64,000 nucleotides of DNA, taken from Mobula hypostoma (lineage: Eukaryota). Below, one piece after another: positions 35,570-47,154 of the stretch; the stretch's first letter is position 1, and each line of letters begins with the position of its first letter. The notes under the pieces are model-generated. The model was not told where the DNA came from, did no database searches, and saw only the letters and a list, made by a program, of their open reading frames with translations. The position numbers were made by a program, and so were the translations under genes. The DNA lies in contig NW_026948187.1 of the NCBI RefSeq assembly GCF_963921235.1, forward strand, positions 6,634,001 to 6,698,000. Direction: 5' to 3'.

Positions 35570-36339
35570 CACTGCCGCCGAGCCGAGCCGCCGTCTGGTT
35601 CTCAGCAGGCGAGGTAAAAGGGAGGAAGGTGTGATCGGACGCGGAGGGGAGTGGTTACGGTCTATCTAACCCGCCCCTTTCCTCTTCAGAAAGAGGCGGG
35701 GAGACATCCGCCACGGTGCAGTCGTGGGGCCGCTTCAGGGAGGCCGCGATCATGGTTCGAACCTGATCTCTGCCGCTGTTTGTGTGTGGAGATGCCGCTT
35801 TCCGCTTGTAGCCGCGGGGGCCTTCCAACCTGCGAACACAGTAGTCCGTTCTGCATTCTCTTTTGCATTATTTATTATTTATTGCTACTTATTTTTATCT
35901 GCATTCGCGCAGTTTGTTTACAGCTCTTGGTGTTTAGAGTTCGCCGTTACTTTCATATAGATTTGCCTGAAAATGATTCGCAGCGACTAACTTTGAACTT
36001 TGAACTTTAAACCCCTTTGAACTCCCGGATTAGATCCCAGCCTGTAACCCACTCTCGGGGGGATCTGTTTTTCTCTGTAAACTCCCGCAATCCCAGGATA
36101 GATACCAGTCTGTCACGCACATCGGGGATCTGTTATTCTTTATATAAACCTCTGACATCTCTGTGCTGAAGTGATTCAAAAGGACGCTGCCCACATTTAT
36201 TTTTTTTTTTGCGTTGCCATACTCTGTCAGAGCCTCGGTGACCACTTTTCAAGTGGTTGTCTTGGAGGAAAGATTCTGTGAGCCTGTGAGTGGTCCCTCA
36301 CGTCCCTCTCACAGCGCCGATCGTTTTTTTTTTTTTGGA

Positions 36340-36460
36340 GCGCTCGACACTCAACCCGGCACGGATGGAAAGCGTGCCCGGGAGCGGCCCCGACTGGGCT
36401 CGAACTCCGTAACCTCGGCTCCGGAGTCCGGCGCTGATGACACTGCGCCACCAGGCGGCC
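36340..36460 (-). mobile_element. tRNA-derived SINE head
   Basis: Minus strand GGCCGCCTGGTGGCGCAGTG...GGAGTTCGAGCCC (A and B boxes). Confidence 0.65.
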
Positions 36461-36720
36461 TGCCCACATTGGAGGTGGGTAGTAGCTATCAGGATAGATG
36501 TGACCAGCTTGGGTTAATGCCGCTGCTGGCGGTGGTGGTGGTAGGGGAGGGGAGGGTCTATGGCAGGAAAACGTTTGTCTCAGAGGGATACGAGGGAAAC
36601 GCCGGAAGACGATTTCCGCAGATCCGGTGGATGATTCTGGTCTGTTACAGATTAGGAACCAGGATAGGCAGACTGACAGACAGACGGCTAGACAGATAGA
36701 CAGATAGCTAGGTAGCGGTA

Positions 36721-38869
36721 CAGAACCTCTAAAAGGTATTCACCCACTCTCCCCCGCCCTTGGAAGTTTTCATGTTTTGTTGTTCCACAATATTGAATCC
36801 CAGATGGATTTAATTTGCGGCTTTTATTTTTTCCGAAGCTGTTGAACAGAAAAAAAAGTTATCGAAATTAATTACAAATATAAAGCATTAAATTATTGAT
36901 TGCGTAAGTATTCACCCCCCCCCTTTGATATGGCGCACCAAATCATCACTGGTACAGCCATTTGGTGCATATAATTAGCTAAAAGGAGATCACCGTGTGC
37001 AGTTAGCCTGTTTTAATTGATTGTAGCAAAAATACAGCTGCATTTTGGAAGGTCGAACTTCGGGTGGGTCAGTATCCCGGCGACAACTACACCATGAAGA
37101 CACAGGAACACTCCAAGCCGCTCCGCGAGAAGGTTATTGGAAAGCACAAGTCAGGAGATGCACAAACACCGCACATCATCAAAAACACACCGTCCCTACC
37201 GTGAAGCGTGGTGGTGGCTGCATCATGCTGTGGGGATGCATCACCGCAGCAGGCCCTGGAAGGCTGGTGACGGTAGCGGGTAAAATGAATGCAACAAAAT
37301 ACAGGGAAATCCTGGAGGAAAACCTGATCCAACCTGCAAGTGAATTGCGACTCCAGAGAAGATTTGTTTTCGAGCAAGGCAAAGGCCCCAAGCACGAAGC
37401 CAAAGCTACACAGGAATAGCTTTAAAACAATAAAGTTAATGCCCTGGACTGACCAAGTCAGAGTCCAAATCTCAATCCTATTCAGAGTTAGTGGCTGGAA
37501 TTGAAAAGGGCCGTTCACCCACGATCCCCGCGCAATCTAACAGAGCTTAAGCAGCTTTGTAAAGAAGAATTGGGGGAAAAATTGCAGTATCCAGATGTGC
37601 AAAGCTGGTAGAGACCTATCCACACAGACTCAAGGCTGTAATTGCTCCCAAAGGTGCATCTTCTAAATACTCACTTGAAGGTGGTGAATACATATGCAAT
37701 TAATTATTTTCTGTTTTATAACAGATAGGCATTGCCCGACGCCTGCCCCGTAGGCCTGAGTCGACGTAGTAGCTTATAATTGAGATTAATTTAGATCACG
37801 TTGTAGAAATTCGTGTGGGGGGGGGAGTGGGAATTGTGGAGGGGGTGGGAAGGCAGGAGATTGGAGCTGAGAGGAAAATTGGATCAGCCATGATGAAACG
37901 GCGGAACAGTCTCGATAGACTGAATGGCCTAATTCTGGTCATGGTGTAGATTTTGCCAGGATATTGACTCACTAGCAGTTGGACCTTCCAGATACAGGTG
38001 TATTTTTACTACAGTCAATTGAAACACCCCGACTGCACGCGGTGATCCCTATTTAACTAATTACATGTCTTCTAAAACCAGTTGGCTGCACCGGTGATGA
38101 TTTGGTGTGCCATATTAAAGGGGGCTGAATACTTACATAACCATTGAACAATTACAGCACGGAAACAGGCCATCTCGGCCCTTCTAGTCCGTGCCGAACT
38201 CTTACCCTCACCTAGCCCCACCGACCTGCACTCAGCCCATAACTCTCCAGTCCTTTCCTGTCCATATATCTGTCCAATTTAACTTTAAACAACAACATCG
38301 AACCTGCCTCAGCCACTTCTCATTCCACACAGCCACCACTCTCTGAGTAAAGAAGTTCCCCCTCATGTCACCCCTAAACTTTTGCCCTTTAAGTCTGAAC
38401 TCAAGTCCTCTTGTTTGAATCTCCCCCACTCTCAATGGAAAAAAACCTATCCACATCAACTCTGTCTATCCCCCTCATAATTTTAAACACCTCTATCAAG
38501 TCCCCCCTCAACCTTCTACGCTCCATAGAATAAAGACCCAACTTGTTCAACCTTCCTCTGTAACTTAGGAGATGAAACCCAGTCAAAGTTCTAGTAAATC
38601 TCCTCTGTACTCTCTCAATTTTTGTTGACATCTTCCCCATAATTCGGTGATTAGAACTTATGCAATCAATTATCTTGTGTTTTATATTTTTCACTAATTT
38701 GGATCACTTTGTAGAGATCTGTTTTAACTCTGACAGGAAAGCGCGTTTTTCTGTTGGTCAGTGTCAAAAAAGCCAAATTAAATGCACTGTGATTCATTGT
38801 TGTAAAACAATAAAACAAGAAAGCATCCAAGGCGGGCAGAGCGAGGGTGAATTCTTTTTCTGGGCATTG
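36721..38869 (+). mobile_element. Defective Tc1/mariner transposon interrupted by CR1 fragments
   Basis: HTVPTVKRGGGCIMLWGC..KMNATKYREILEENL..PKH; degenerate termini TA|CAGAACCTCTAAAAGGTATTCACCC and GGGTGAATTCTTTTTCTGGGCATTG|TA; CR1 pieces near 37830-37940 and 38140-38660. Confidence 0.8.
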
Positions 38870-39935
38870 TATAAAGGTATTCAATGTGCTCGTCTATCGT
38901 CAACTTCGATTGAGGACCTCGACACCATTATATGATTGTGTCGAGACGAGGGCTTGATTTGGATTTAAGTGAGGGAGAGATCCGCAGCGTCAGCCTCACT
39001 CTCTCTCGCAATTGGAATCTGGATCCAGTGGCAGGACAAGATTCCAGAGGACTGGAGTTGGGACTAGGCGGAGAGGATGACCAGGAAGTCTTCTGTGTCT
39101 TGTCCTGCTCTACGACGCTTCAGAGACCGCCTTCTTGACCATTAGTCTCGTCCGCTCAGTCCGCCGGAGTCTGTCTTCACAGGTTGGGAGAGACAACTCC
39201 CGATCTCACCGAGGGTTAGACACCCGTCGGCTACCCTCACCTGGTTGTCTAAGCCGTTGCCCGGGGAGTGGCCACTGTCGCATGCAAACAGCTACGAGGA
39301 GCCACAGGTGAGAGCTATATAGGTATATAGTTAGACAGATTGATAGATAAATAGATAGGCCATCAGCGAGAAAGACTGACAGCGATATCGATGGGGATGT
39401 TGATAAATGGATGGATTGATAAATAGGTAGATAGATGCTGATGCAGACAGAGAGATCAACGGAAAGACAAATAGATAGGAAACTAGATTGAGAGATGGGT
39501 ACAGACAGATGAACGAATAGACGAATAAGTGAATGATTGGATGAAACAGGGATGGAGGCAGTGAGCTGGACAGTCAGATAGACAGGAACACCGACTGTTA
39601 GACAGGTAGAGGGATATCGGGAGGAAGATATATTGATGAAAGGAGCAAAGAGCGCCCTTCAAACTGTCAGATCGAGAGATTGAAACATCATGCAGGGGAG
39701 TGCACAAAGGAGGAGAATTTTCGCTCGTCTGGAAGTCGCCATTGCTGCCTGGTTTCGTGGCAGCTCCAGCTGTCCACCGCCTCAGACTGCCGTTTAGCAT
39801 TCTGTAATCTTAGCTGCACTTTCAACTGTTTCTCGGAGGAATTGGGAGACGCGGACGTGCAAGGATTCCTTCCTGCCCCCGTAATTCCCCCTCTCTGTGA
39901 CCGGTTATCTGGCCGGGTGGAGAGTGTTGCTCCGT

Positions 39936-39954
39936 GGGCGCCCCCTGCTGTTGC
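39936..39954 (-). promoter_or_regulatory. CTCF-like motif about 1.4 kb 3' of the V3 RSS, pointing toward D
   Basis: Minus strand GCAACAGCAGGGGGCGCCC. Confidence 0.55.
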
Positions 39955-40076
39955 TGTAAAGGAACACCCCATTGACAGCTCCGCATATTTCACTCTAAAA
40001 ACTCCCGGTCAGACCACCTGTCTGTTGATCCAACTATCTGCCTGCAGGGCTGTCTGCCTGTCTGTCATCAGTCAAT

Positions 40077-40148
<72 letters not shown>

Positions 40149-40254
40149 CTATCTATCTATCTTCCCCCTATCTCTCTGCCTATCCATCAGTCTAGCCATC
40201 TCTCTCTCTCTCTATCTGTCTATCTATCTGTCTGTATATCTATCAATCTATCTA

Positions 40255-40410
40255 NNNNNNNNNNNNNNNNNNNNNNNNNNNNNNNNNNNNNNNNNNNNNN
40301 NNNNNNNNNNNNNNNNNNNNNNNNNNNNNNNNNNNNNNNNNNNNNNNNNNNNNNNNNNNNNNNNNNNNNNNNNNNNNNNNNNNNNNNNNNNNNNNNNNNN
40401 NNNNNNNNNN
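40255..40410. other. Assembly gap within (TC)n/(TCTA)n repeats
   Basis: Run of N. Confidence 1.
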
Positions 40411-40470
40411 CCATTCTCTCTCTCTCCCTCTATATATCTATCTAATCTATCTGTCTCTCTGTCTACCTGC

Positions 40471-40504
<34 letters not shown>

Positions 40505-41382
40505 GTCTCGCTTATTCTCTGCATATCTATCTGTCTTTCTCTGTTGTGGAGAAGGAGCGAGCGAGCTAGAGAGAGAGAGCGAGAGAGAGAGAGAGCGAGA
40601 GAGAGAGAGATTAGCAGACTTGGTGGAGGGATAGATACTCGTGTATACGTTTAGCTAGCCAGGTAATCAGGTCAATGGGTATCATATAAGCGTCAGTTGC
40701 CACTCCATTAGATACCTGCTGTACCCAGCAGACTGCCCACTGAGTGTAGGCTCATCGTCTTCTGCTGCTGTCGCCCGTACGCCTCAGGGTTCGACGTGTT
40801 GTGCGTTCAGAGACGCTCTTCTGCCCAAGGCTGTTGTAACGTTGATCTCTGGGGGTAACCATCGCCTTCCAGTCACATTGAACCAGCCTGGCATCTGTCT
40901 GCGGACCTCTGCCAAGAAGAATTGCCGCTCAGTGGATACGTATCACTGTATCGCAGTGGATTTAATCTGGCTTTTTCCGACACTTATCAACTTAAAAAAC
41001 TCTTCCGTGTCAAAGTGAAAACAGATCTCTTCAAAGTGATCTGTGTTGTTTACAAATACAGGTAGTTGCATCCATTTGCTTTTTAGCTGGATCAGCACAA
41101 CGTTGTGGGCCGAAGGGCCTGATTCTGTGTTGTGCGGTTCTACATCCGATGGAGCTTGTTCGACCTGAATGTGCTGTGTAATGATTTGATCTGCATGCAC
41201 ACAAAGCCTTTCACTATATCTCGGTGCGGTGAGAATGAAAAACGTATTCCAATCCTCGCCAGAGACGGAGAACACCTGCAGCAAAGCAAAAGGCCCGTCG
41301 GCCCATCCAGTTCCGGTTCTGTACCTAGGTCCGATCTGCCCCCGAGGCCCTGGCGGAGTTGCTCTGCGGGGAGACCTGTTGG

Positions 41383-41421
41383 AGTTTTTGTATTGGCGCC
41401 CAGTATCTCTACAACGCTGTG
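41383..41421 (-). other. 23-RSS of V3
   Basis: CACAGCG, 23-nt spacer, ACAAAAACT. Confidence 0.92.
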
Positions 41422-42169
41422 CGCCATCAGTAGCAGCGCAGAAATAGGTCGCCACATCCGCGGTCTTCACACTCTCGACCTGCAGGGTAGACTCCTTATT
41501 CTCCTTAGCCCTGGTGATGACGAACCCGCTCTTGAAGTCCTCCTCAAACCGGGCCTCGCTGCTGAGATAGACGGACCCGATCAACGCCAGCCCGCCGGTG
41601 GACGGCTGGCGGTACCAGAGCATGTAGTTACGGAGCTGCCCCTTCTGAAGGCACTTCATCTCGGCCGGCGCCCCCTGGCGGACGCTGAGAGATCCCGGCC
41701 ACTGGTCGATCTCATCGGCCTGGCAGACACCTGCATAGATAGAAGGGATAGGGGTTGGGAAAAAAACGTGATGGACGGCGATGGGTAGCGCTGCATACAC
41801 TAACTACGCGCAAAAGGATTCATTTGGACACTCGCTCGGAGGCGAAGCGGTTCGCCTCACGGTATTAAAACGCCGGCAATCCGAGTTCAGTTCCCGCCTC
41901 TGACCGTGAGGAATTAGTCCGCGTGGGTTTCGTCCGGGCGGCCCCACATTCAGAAGACTGCCGGGTTATTGGGTTAATTAGTCGTTTTGGAGATGTCATC
42001 GGGTAGTTTGGGACGCACCGCAGCTCAACGAGAAGTGAGAGTCGGAACCTGAAACGAGTTTTGGACACTTTGAGAGGTCGAAGCGCGGAACCGGAGAGCG
42101 AAGAGCGCGTCCTCACGTACACAGAGCCAGAGAGAAGATCGCGGCAGAGAGGCAGCGCGCAGGCATCAT
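41422..42169 (-). CDS. TRBV: TRB variable gene V3 (leader exon 42169-42121, V exon 41730-41422)
   Basis: MMPARCLSAAIFSLAL T|GTACGT...ATGCAG| then VCQADEIDQWPGSLSVRQGAPAEMKCLQKGQLRNYMLWYRQPSTGGLALIGSVYLSSEARFEEDFKSGFVITRAKENKESTLQVESVKTADVATYFCAATDG. Confidence 0.93.
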
Positions 42170-42344
42170 TGCTGCCGGGCCGAGGCGGGTTCTAGTCCTT
42201 CATTTCGCTCGGCGGACTGAAAGGAAGGCGGGCGACATCGGAAGCCGAGGGCGGGTCGCGGGTTATCACCCCGCCCCTCCCTTTCCGAACCAGGGGGGTG
42301 GGGAGACACTCGTCGTGGTGCAGTCGAGCGGCCGCTACCGGGAA

Positions 42345-43740
42345 TGAAGGGAGCTTTTTCTCACTGGCTGCCAATGAGTACTGGTGTTCCACAGGGATCC
42401 GGGTTCGGACCAGTTACTTGTACATTATATGTCAGTGATTTGGATAGTGGAGTTGATGGCTTTGTTGTAAAGTTTGCAGGCAACACCAAGGCAGGTGGAG
42501 GGGCAGGAAGGGTTAATGAGATAGGAGCAGAAGGACGAGGCAGATTCGGAAAATGGGCGTGGAAGTTACAGATTGAATACAGTGTCGGGAAGTGTACGGT
42601 CCTGCACTTTGGCAGACGATATGAAAGCGTTGCCTGTTTTCGAAATAGAGAGAAAATAGAAATATACATTGAGGCGCATCGAGATTTGGGATTCCCTAAA
42701 GGGTACTTTCCAGACCTCACCTGGAGTGTTATGGGCAGTTCTGGGCCTTTTATCTTAGAAAGTTCGTGCTGAAACTGGGGAGAGTTCAGAGGAGGTTCAC
42801 GGAAATGATTGCGGAATTCAAAGGCCTGTCATATGAAGAGTGTTTGATGGCTCTGGGCCTGTATGCACTGGAATTCGGAAGAGGGAGCGGTGATCTGATT
42901 GAAGGACCTTGATAGAGTGGACGTGGAGAAGATGTTACCTATGGTGGGAGAGTATGATAGAGTATAGGGTGCACCACAACCTGGTATGGAAGTTATCCTG
43001 CCCAAGACCGGAAGAAGCGTCAGAAGATCGTGAACACAGCGCAGCACATCACACAAACCAATCTTCCATCATTGGACTCAGTTTACACCGCACGCTGTCG
43101 GAGCAGTGCTGCCAGGATAATCAAGGACACGACCCACTTAGCCAACACACTTTTCATCCATCTTCCCTCCGGGAGAAGGCTCAGGAGCTTGAAGACTCGT
43201 ACGGCCAGATTTGGGAACAGCTTCTTTCCAACTGTGATAAGACTGCTGAACGGATCCTGACCCGGATCTGGGCCGTACCCTCCAAATATCCGGACCTGCC
43301 TCTCGGTTTTTTTGCACGACCTTACTTTCCATTTTTCCATTTTCTATTTATGATTTATAATTGAAAATTTTCATATTTACTAATTTTTACAATTTTTAAT
43401 ATTTAAGATCTGTAATCCAGGTGGTGGGAAGCGCAGAATCATATATTGCTGTGGTGATTGTACGTTCTAGTATCAATTCTTCGGGGACGATAAAGTATAA
43501 AGTATAAGTATAAGACAGAGGGCACAAACACAGAATGGAGGGGCGTCCTTTCAGAAAGGAGATGGGGAGGAATTTCTTTAGATAGAGAGTGGTGAGTTGG
43601 TGGACTTGTTTGTCACACGCAGATGAACATCTAAGGCAGATGTTGATAGATACTTGATTGGTCAGAGGATCAAGGGATACGGTGAGAAGGCTGAAGATTG
43701 GGGGTGAGATGGAAAATGGATGTTGAAATAGCGCTGCAGA
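42345..43740 (+). mobile_element. Degenerate CR1 fragment with a nested Rex1/Babar insertion (~42960-43515); repeated in every array unit
   Basis: GVPQGSGFGP..VVKFAGNTK, then TAQHITQTNLPSL..TVIRLLNGS with an (AAGTAT)n tail, after which CR1 resumes at GACAGAGGGCAC. Confidence 0.8.
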
Positions 43741-43797
43741 ATCGATGGGCCAGTGGCCTAATTCTGCTCCTGGACCTTACCGATTTATGGTCGGACA

Positions 43798-44680
43798 CAG
43801 TGCCTGCGAAAATTACGCACCCCTCCTTGAAAGTTTTCATGTTTTTTTGTTTTACAACATTGAGTCGCTGTGGATGTAATTTGGATTATTTTGACACTGT
43901 ACGACAGGAAATGATCGCTACAAAGTGATATAAATTAATTACAAACATGAAACAAAAAATAATTGATTGACCAAGTTTTTACCCCCTTCGAGTCAGTACG
44001 CAGTAGATGCCCCTTTGTCAGTAATTCCAGACTTGAGTCTGTGTTCATGGGTCTCGATCAGCTTTGCAGATGTGCACACTGTAATTTTTCCCTATTCTTC
44101 TTGTCAAAACTGCTCAAGATCTGTCAGATTGCATGGGGATCATGAGTGAACAGCCATTAACAAATCCAGCCAAAAATTCTCAATTAGATCGAGGTCTGGA
44201 CTTTGACTTGGCCACTCCGGGACATTAACTTTGTTGCTTTCAATGCATTCCCTTGCAGCTTTGGCTTCGTGCTTGGGGTCACTGCTTTACTAGAAAACAA
44301 ATCTCCTCCCAAGTCGCAGTTCTATTGCAGACTGCATCAGGTTTTCCTCCAGGATTTCCCTGTATTTTGCTGCATTCATTTTACCCTCTACCTTCACAAG
44401 CCTTCCAGGGCCTGCTGCAGTGAAGCATCCCCACAGCATGATGCAGCCACCGCCACGCTTCACGGTTAGGATGGTGTGCTTTTGATGATGTGGGCATTTG
44501 ACCTACGCCAAACACAGCCGATGGCCAAAAAAGCTCAATTTTAGTTCCATCGGACGATCAAAACTTCTCCCAGTTGATTCAGAATCTCCCACAATCCTTC
44601 TGGCAAACTCTAGCCTTGATTTCATTTGAGATTCTTTTCAGCAATGGCTCGCTCTTTGACCTTCCCCCATAAAGCTGCGA
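43798..44680 (-). mobile_element. Tc1-like transposon remnant; repeated in every array unit
   Basis: Terminus CAGTGCCTGCGAAAATTACGCACCCC; internal sequence is the reverse complement of the 37 kb Tc1 transposase (KRGGGCIMLWG). Confidence 0.75.
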
Positions 44681-44946
44681 CTGGAGAAGAAAATCAGACG
44701 TTCAGGTTGTTAGCAAGTTAGCGTCAACATTGCGGGCTATGTTTGCTTGACCTGCCTCCTTTCCACCCTATCCAGACTGCCCTTTATTTGTCCTGACTCT
44801 TGTTTGACCGTATTTGCGCTTTCAACAATTCCGCGGAGGAACTGAGAGGGGCAGAAGGGCAGGATCCCTTTCCCGTCCCTGCGGTTACCTCTCTGTCCCT
44901 GTTCCTTGGCCGGGCCGGGCGGAGACGGTTGCTTTTGGTGCTCCGA

Positions 44947-44965
44947 TGCCGCCCCCTGCTGTTGG
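44947..44965 (-). promoter_or_regulatory. CTCF-like motif 3' of V4, pointing toward D
   Basis: Minus strand CCAACAGCAGGGGGCGGCA. Confidence 0.55.
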
Positions 44966-46367
44966 TGCAAAGAAACACCCACTTTGTCAACTCCGCACAA
45001 TTCGCCCAAGTTCTTCTCCCGGTCAGCCCACCTGTCTGTTCATTTTGATAAATTTATCTTTCCATGTATCTATATACATATCTATCTATCTTTCTATCTG
45101 TCTATTCATCTATCTGTCTGTCTATGTACCAATAATAATCTATCTCTTGCTCTCTCTATCTCTTTATCTATCTATCTGTCTATCTATCTATATTTGTCTA
45201 TATATCAATTTATTTATCTATCTATCTACCTATCTGTCTGTCTGTCTCACTATCTATTTATCCATTTGTTTATCTAACTCTCCCTCTATCCATCTATCTA
45301 TCTATGTACATATCTATCTATCTATTCATCTAGATATCAGTCCACCTACCAGTGATCGTCTCTCTCTCTCTCTCTCTAACTGTCTCCCTCTCGAGCTATC
45401 TATTTATCTGTCTATCTGTGTTTATTTCTCTCTCTAGATATCTGCCTATCTATATATCTAACTATCTAATTTATCTATCTATCTATCTATCTATATTATC
45501 TATCTGTCTGTCTCGCTTATTCTCTGTATATCTATCTGTCTTTCTCTGTTGTGGAGAAGGAGAGAGCGAGCGAGCGAGAGAGAGAGAGAGAGAGATTAGC
45601 AGACTTGGTGGAGGGCTGGATGCACGGAAAGTGCTTCAGATAGCCAGGTAAGCAGGTCACTGGGTATGATATCAGCGTCATTAGATACCTGCTGTACCCA
45701 ACAGACTGCCCACTGAGTGTAGACTCATCGTCTTCTGCTGCTGTCGCCCATTCGCCTCAGTGTTCGACGTGTTGTGCGTTCAGAGACGCTCGTCTGCACA
45801 CGGCTGTTGTAACGTTGAACTTTCCGGGTAACCGTCGCCTTCCAGTCACATTGAACCAGCCTGGCCTCTGTCTGCGGACGTCTCCCATGAAGAATTCGTC
45901 GACCAGCGCAGAAATGCCGCTCAGCGGATACGTATCAACTGTATCGCAGTGGAGTTAATTTGGCCTTCATCAACAGAAAAAGCCTCTTCCGTGTGAAAGT
46001 GAAAACAGATCTCTACAAAGTGATCTGTATTGTTTACAAATACAGGTAGTTGCTTCCATTTCCTTTTTAGCTGGGTCAGCACAACATTGTGGGCCGAAGG
46101 GCCTGTTTCTGTGTTGCCCGGTTCTACATCCGACGGAACTTGTTCGACCTGAATGCACTGTGTAATGATTTCATCTGCATGCACACAAAGCCTTTCACTA
46201 CATCTCGGTGGCGTGACAATGATAAATCTATTCCAATCCTAGCCATGAGACGGAGAACACCTGCAGCAAAGTAAAAGGCCCCTTGGCCCACCCAGTTCCC
46301 GTTCTATACCTAGTTCCGATCTGCTCCCGGAACCTTGGCAGAGTTGCTCTGCAGGGAGACCTGTTGG

Positions 46368-46406
46368 AGTTTTTGTATTGGCGCCCAGTATCTCTACAAC
46401 GCTGTG
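46368..46406 (-). other. 23-RSS of V4
   Basis: CACAGCG, 23-nt spacer, ACAAAAACT. Confidence 0.92.
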
Positions 46407-47154
46407 CGCCATCAGTAGTAGCGCAGAAATAGGTCGCCACGTCCGCGGCCTTCACGCTCTCTACCTGGAGGGTAGACTCCTTATTCTCCTTTGCCCTGGT
46501 GATGACGAACCCGCTCTTGAAGCCCTCCTCCAGCCGGGCCTCGCTGCTGAGATAGACGGACCCGATCAACGCCAGCCCGCCGGTGGACGGCTGGCGGTAC
46601 CAGAGCATGTTCTCACGGAGCTGTCCCTTCTGAAGGCACTTCATCTCGGCCGTCGCCCCCAGGCGGACGCTGAGAGATCCCGGCCACTGGTCGATCTCAT
46701 CGGCCCGGCAGACACCTGCATAGATAGAAGGGATAGGGGTTGGGAAAAAAACGTGATGGACGGCGATGGGTAGCGCTGCATACACTAACTACGCGCAAAA
46801 GGATTCATTTGGACACTCGCTCGGAGGCGAAGCGGTTCGCCTCACGGTATTAAAACGCCGGCAATCCGAGTTCAGTTCCCGCCTCTGACCGTGAGGAATT
46901 AGTCCGCGTGGGTTTCGTCCGGGCGGCCCCACATTCAGAAGACTGCCGGGTTATTGGGTTAATTAGTCGTTTTGGAGATGTCAATAGGTAGTTTGGGACG
47001 CACCACAGCTCAACGAGAAGTGAGAGTCGGAACCTGAAACGAGTTTTGGACACTTTGAGAGGTCGAAGCGCGGAACCGGAGAGCGAAGAGCGCGTCCTCA
47101 CGTACACAGAGCCAGAGAGAAGATCGCGGCAGAGAGGCAGCGCGCAGGCATCAT
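46407..47154 (-). CDS. TRBV: TRB variable gene V4 (leader exon 47154-47106, V exon 46715-46407)
   Basis: Same leader as V3; VCRADEIDQWPGSLSVRLGATAEMKCLQKGQLRENMLWYRQPSTGGLALIGSVYLSSEARLEEGFKSGFVITRAKENKESTLQVESVKAADVATYFCATTDG. Confidence 0.93.

Noticed and set aside
39688-39993. ORF with a vaguely V-like stretch (LRLQNAKRQSEAVDSWSC).
   Set aside because: No YxC, WYRQ or RSS, and the reading is not kept in the paralogous 44.7-45.0 kb region; better explained as non-coding.
40943-41800. Long single-exon ORFs (185-285 aa) spanning V3-V7.
   Set aside because: They read through the intron, RSS and flank; the real genes are leader plus a 309-nt V exon that needs rearrangement.
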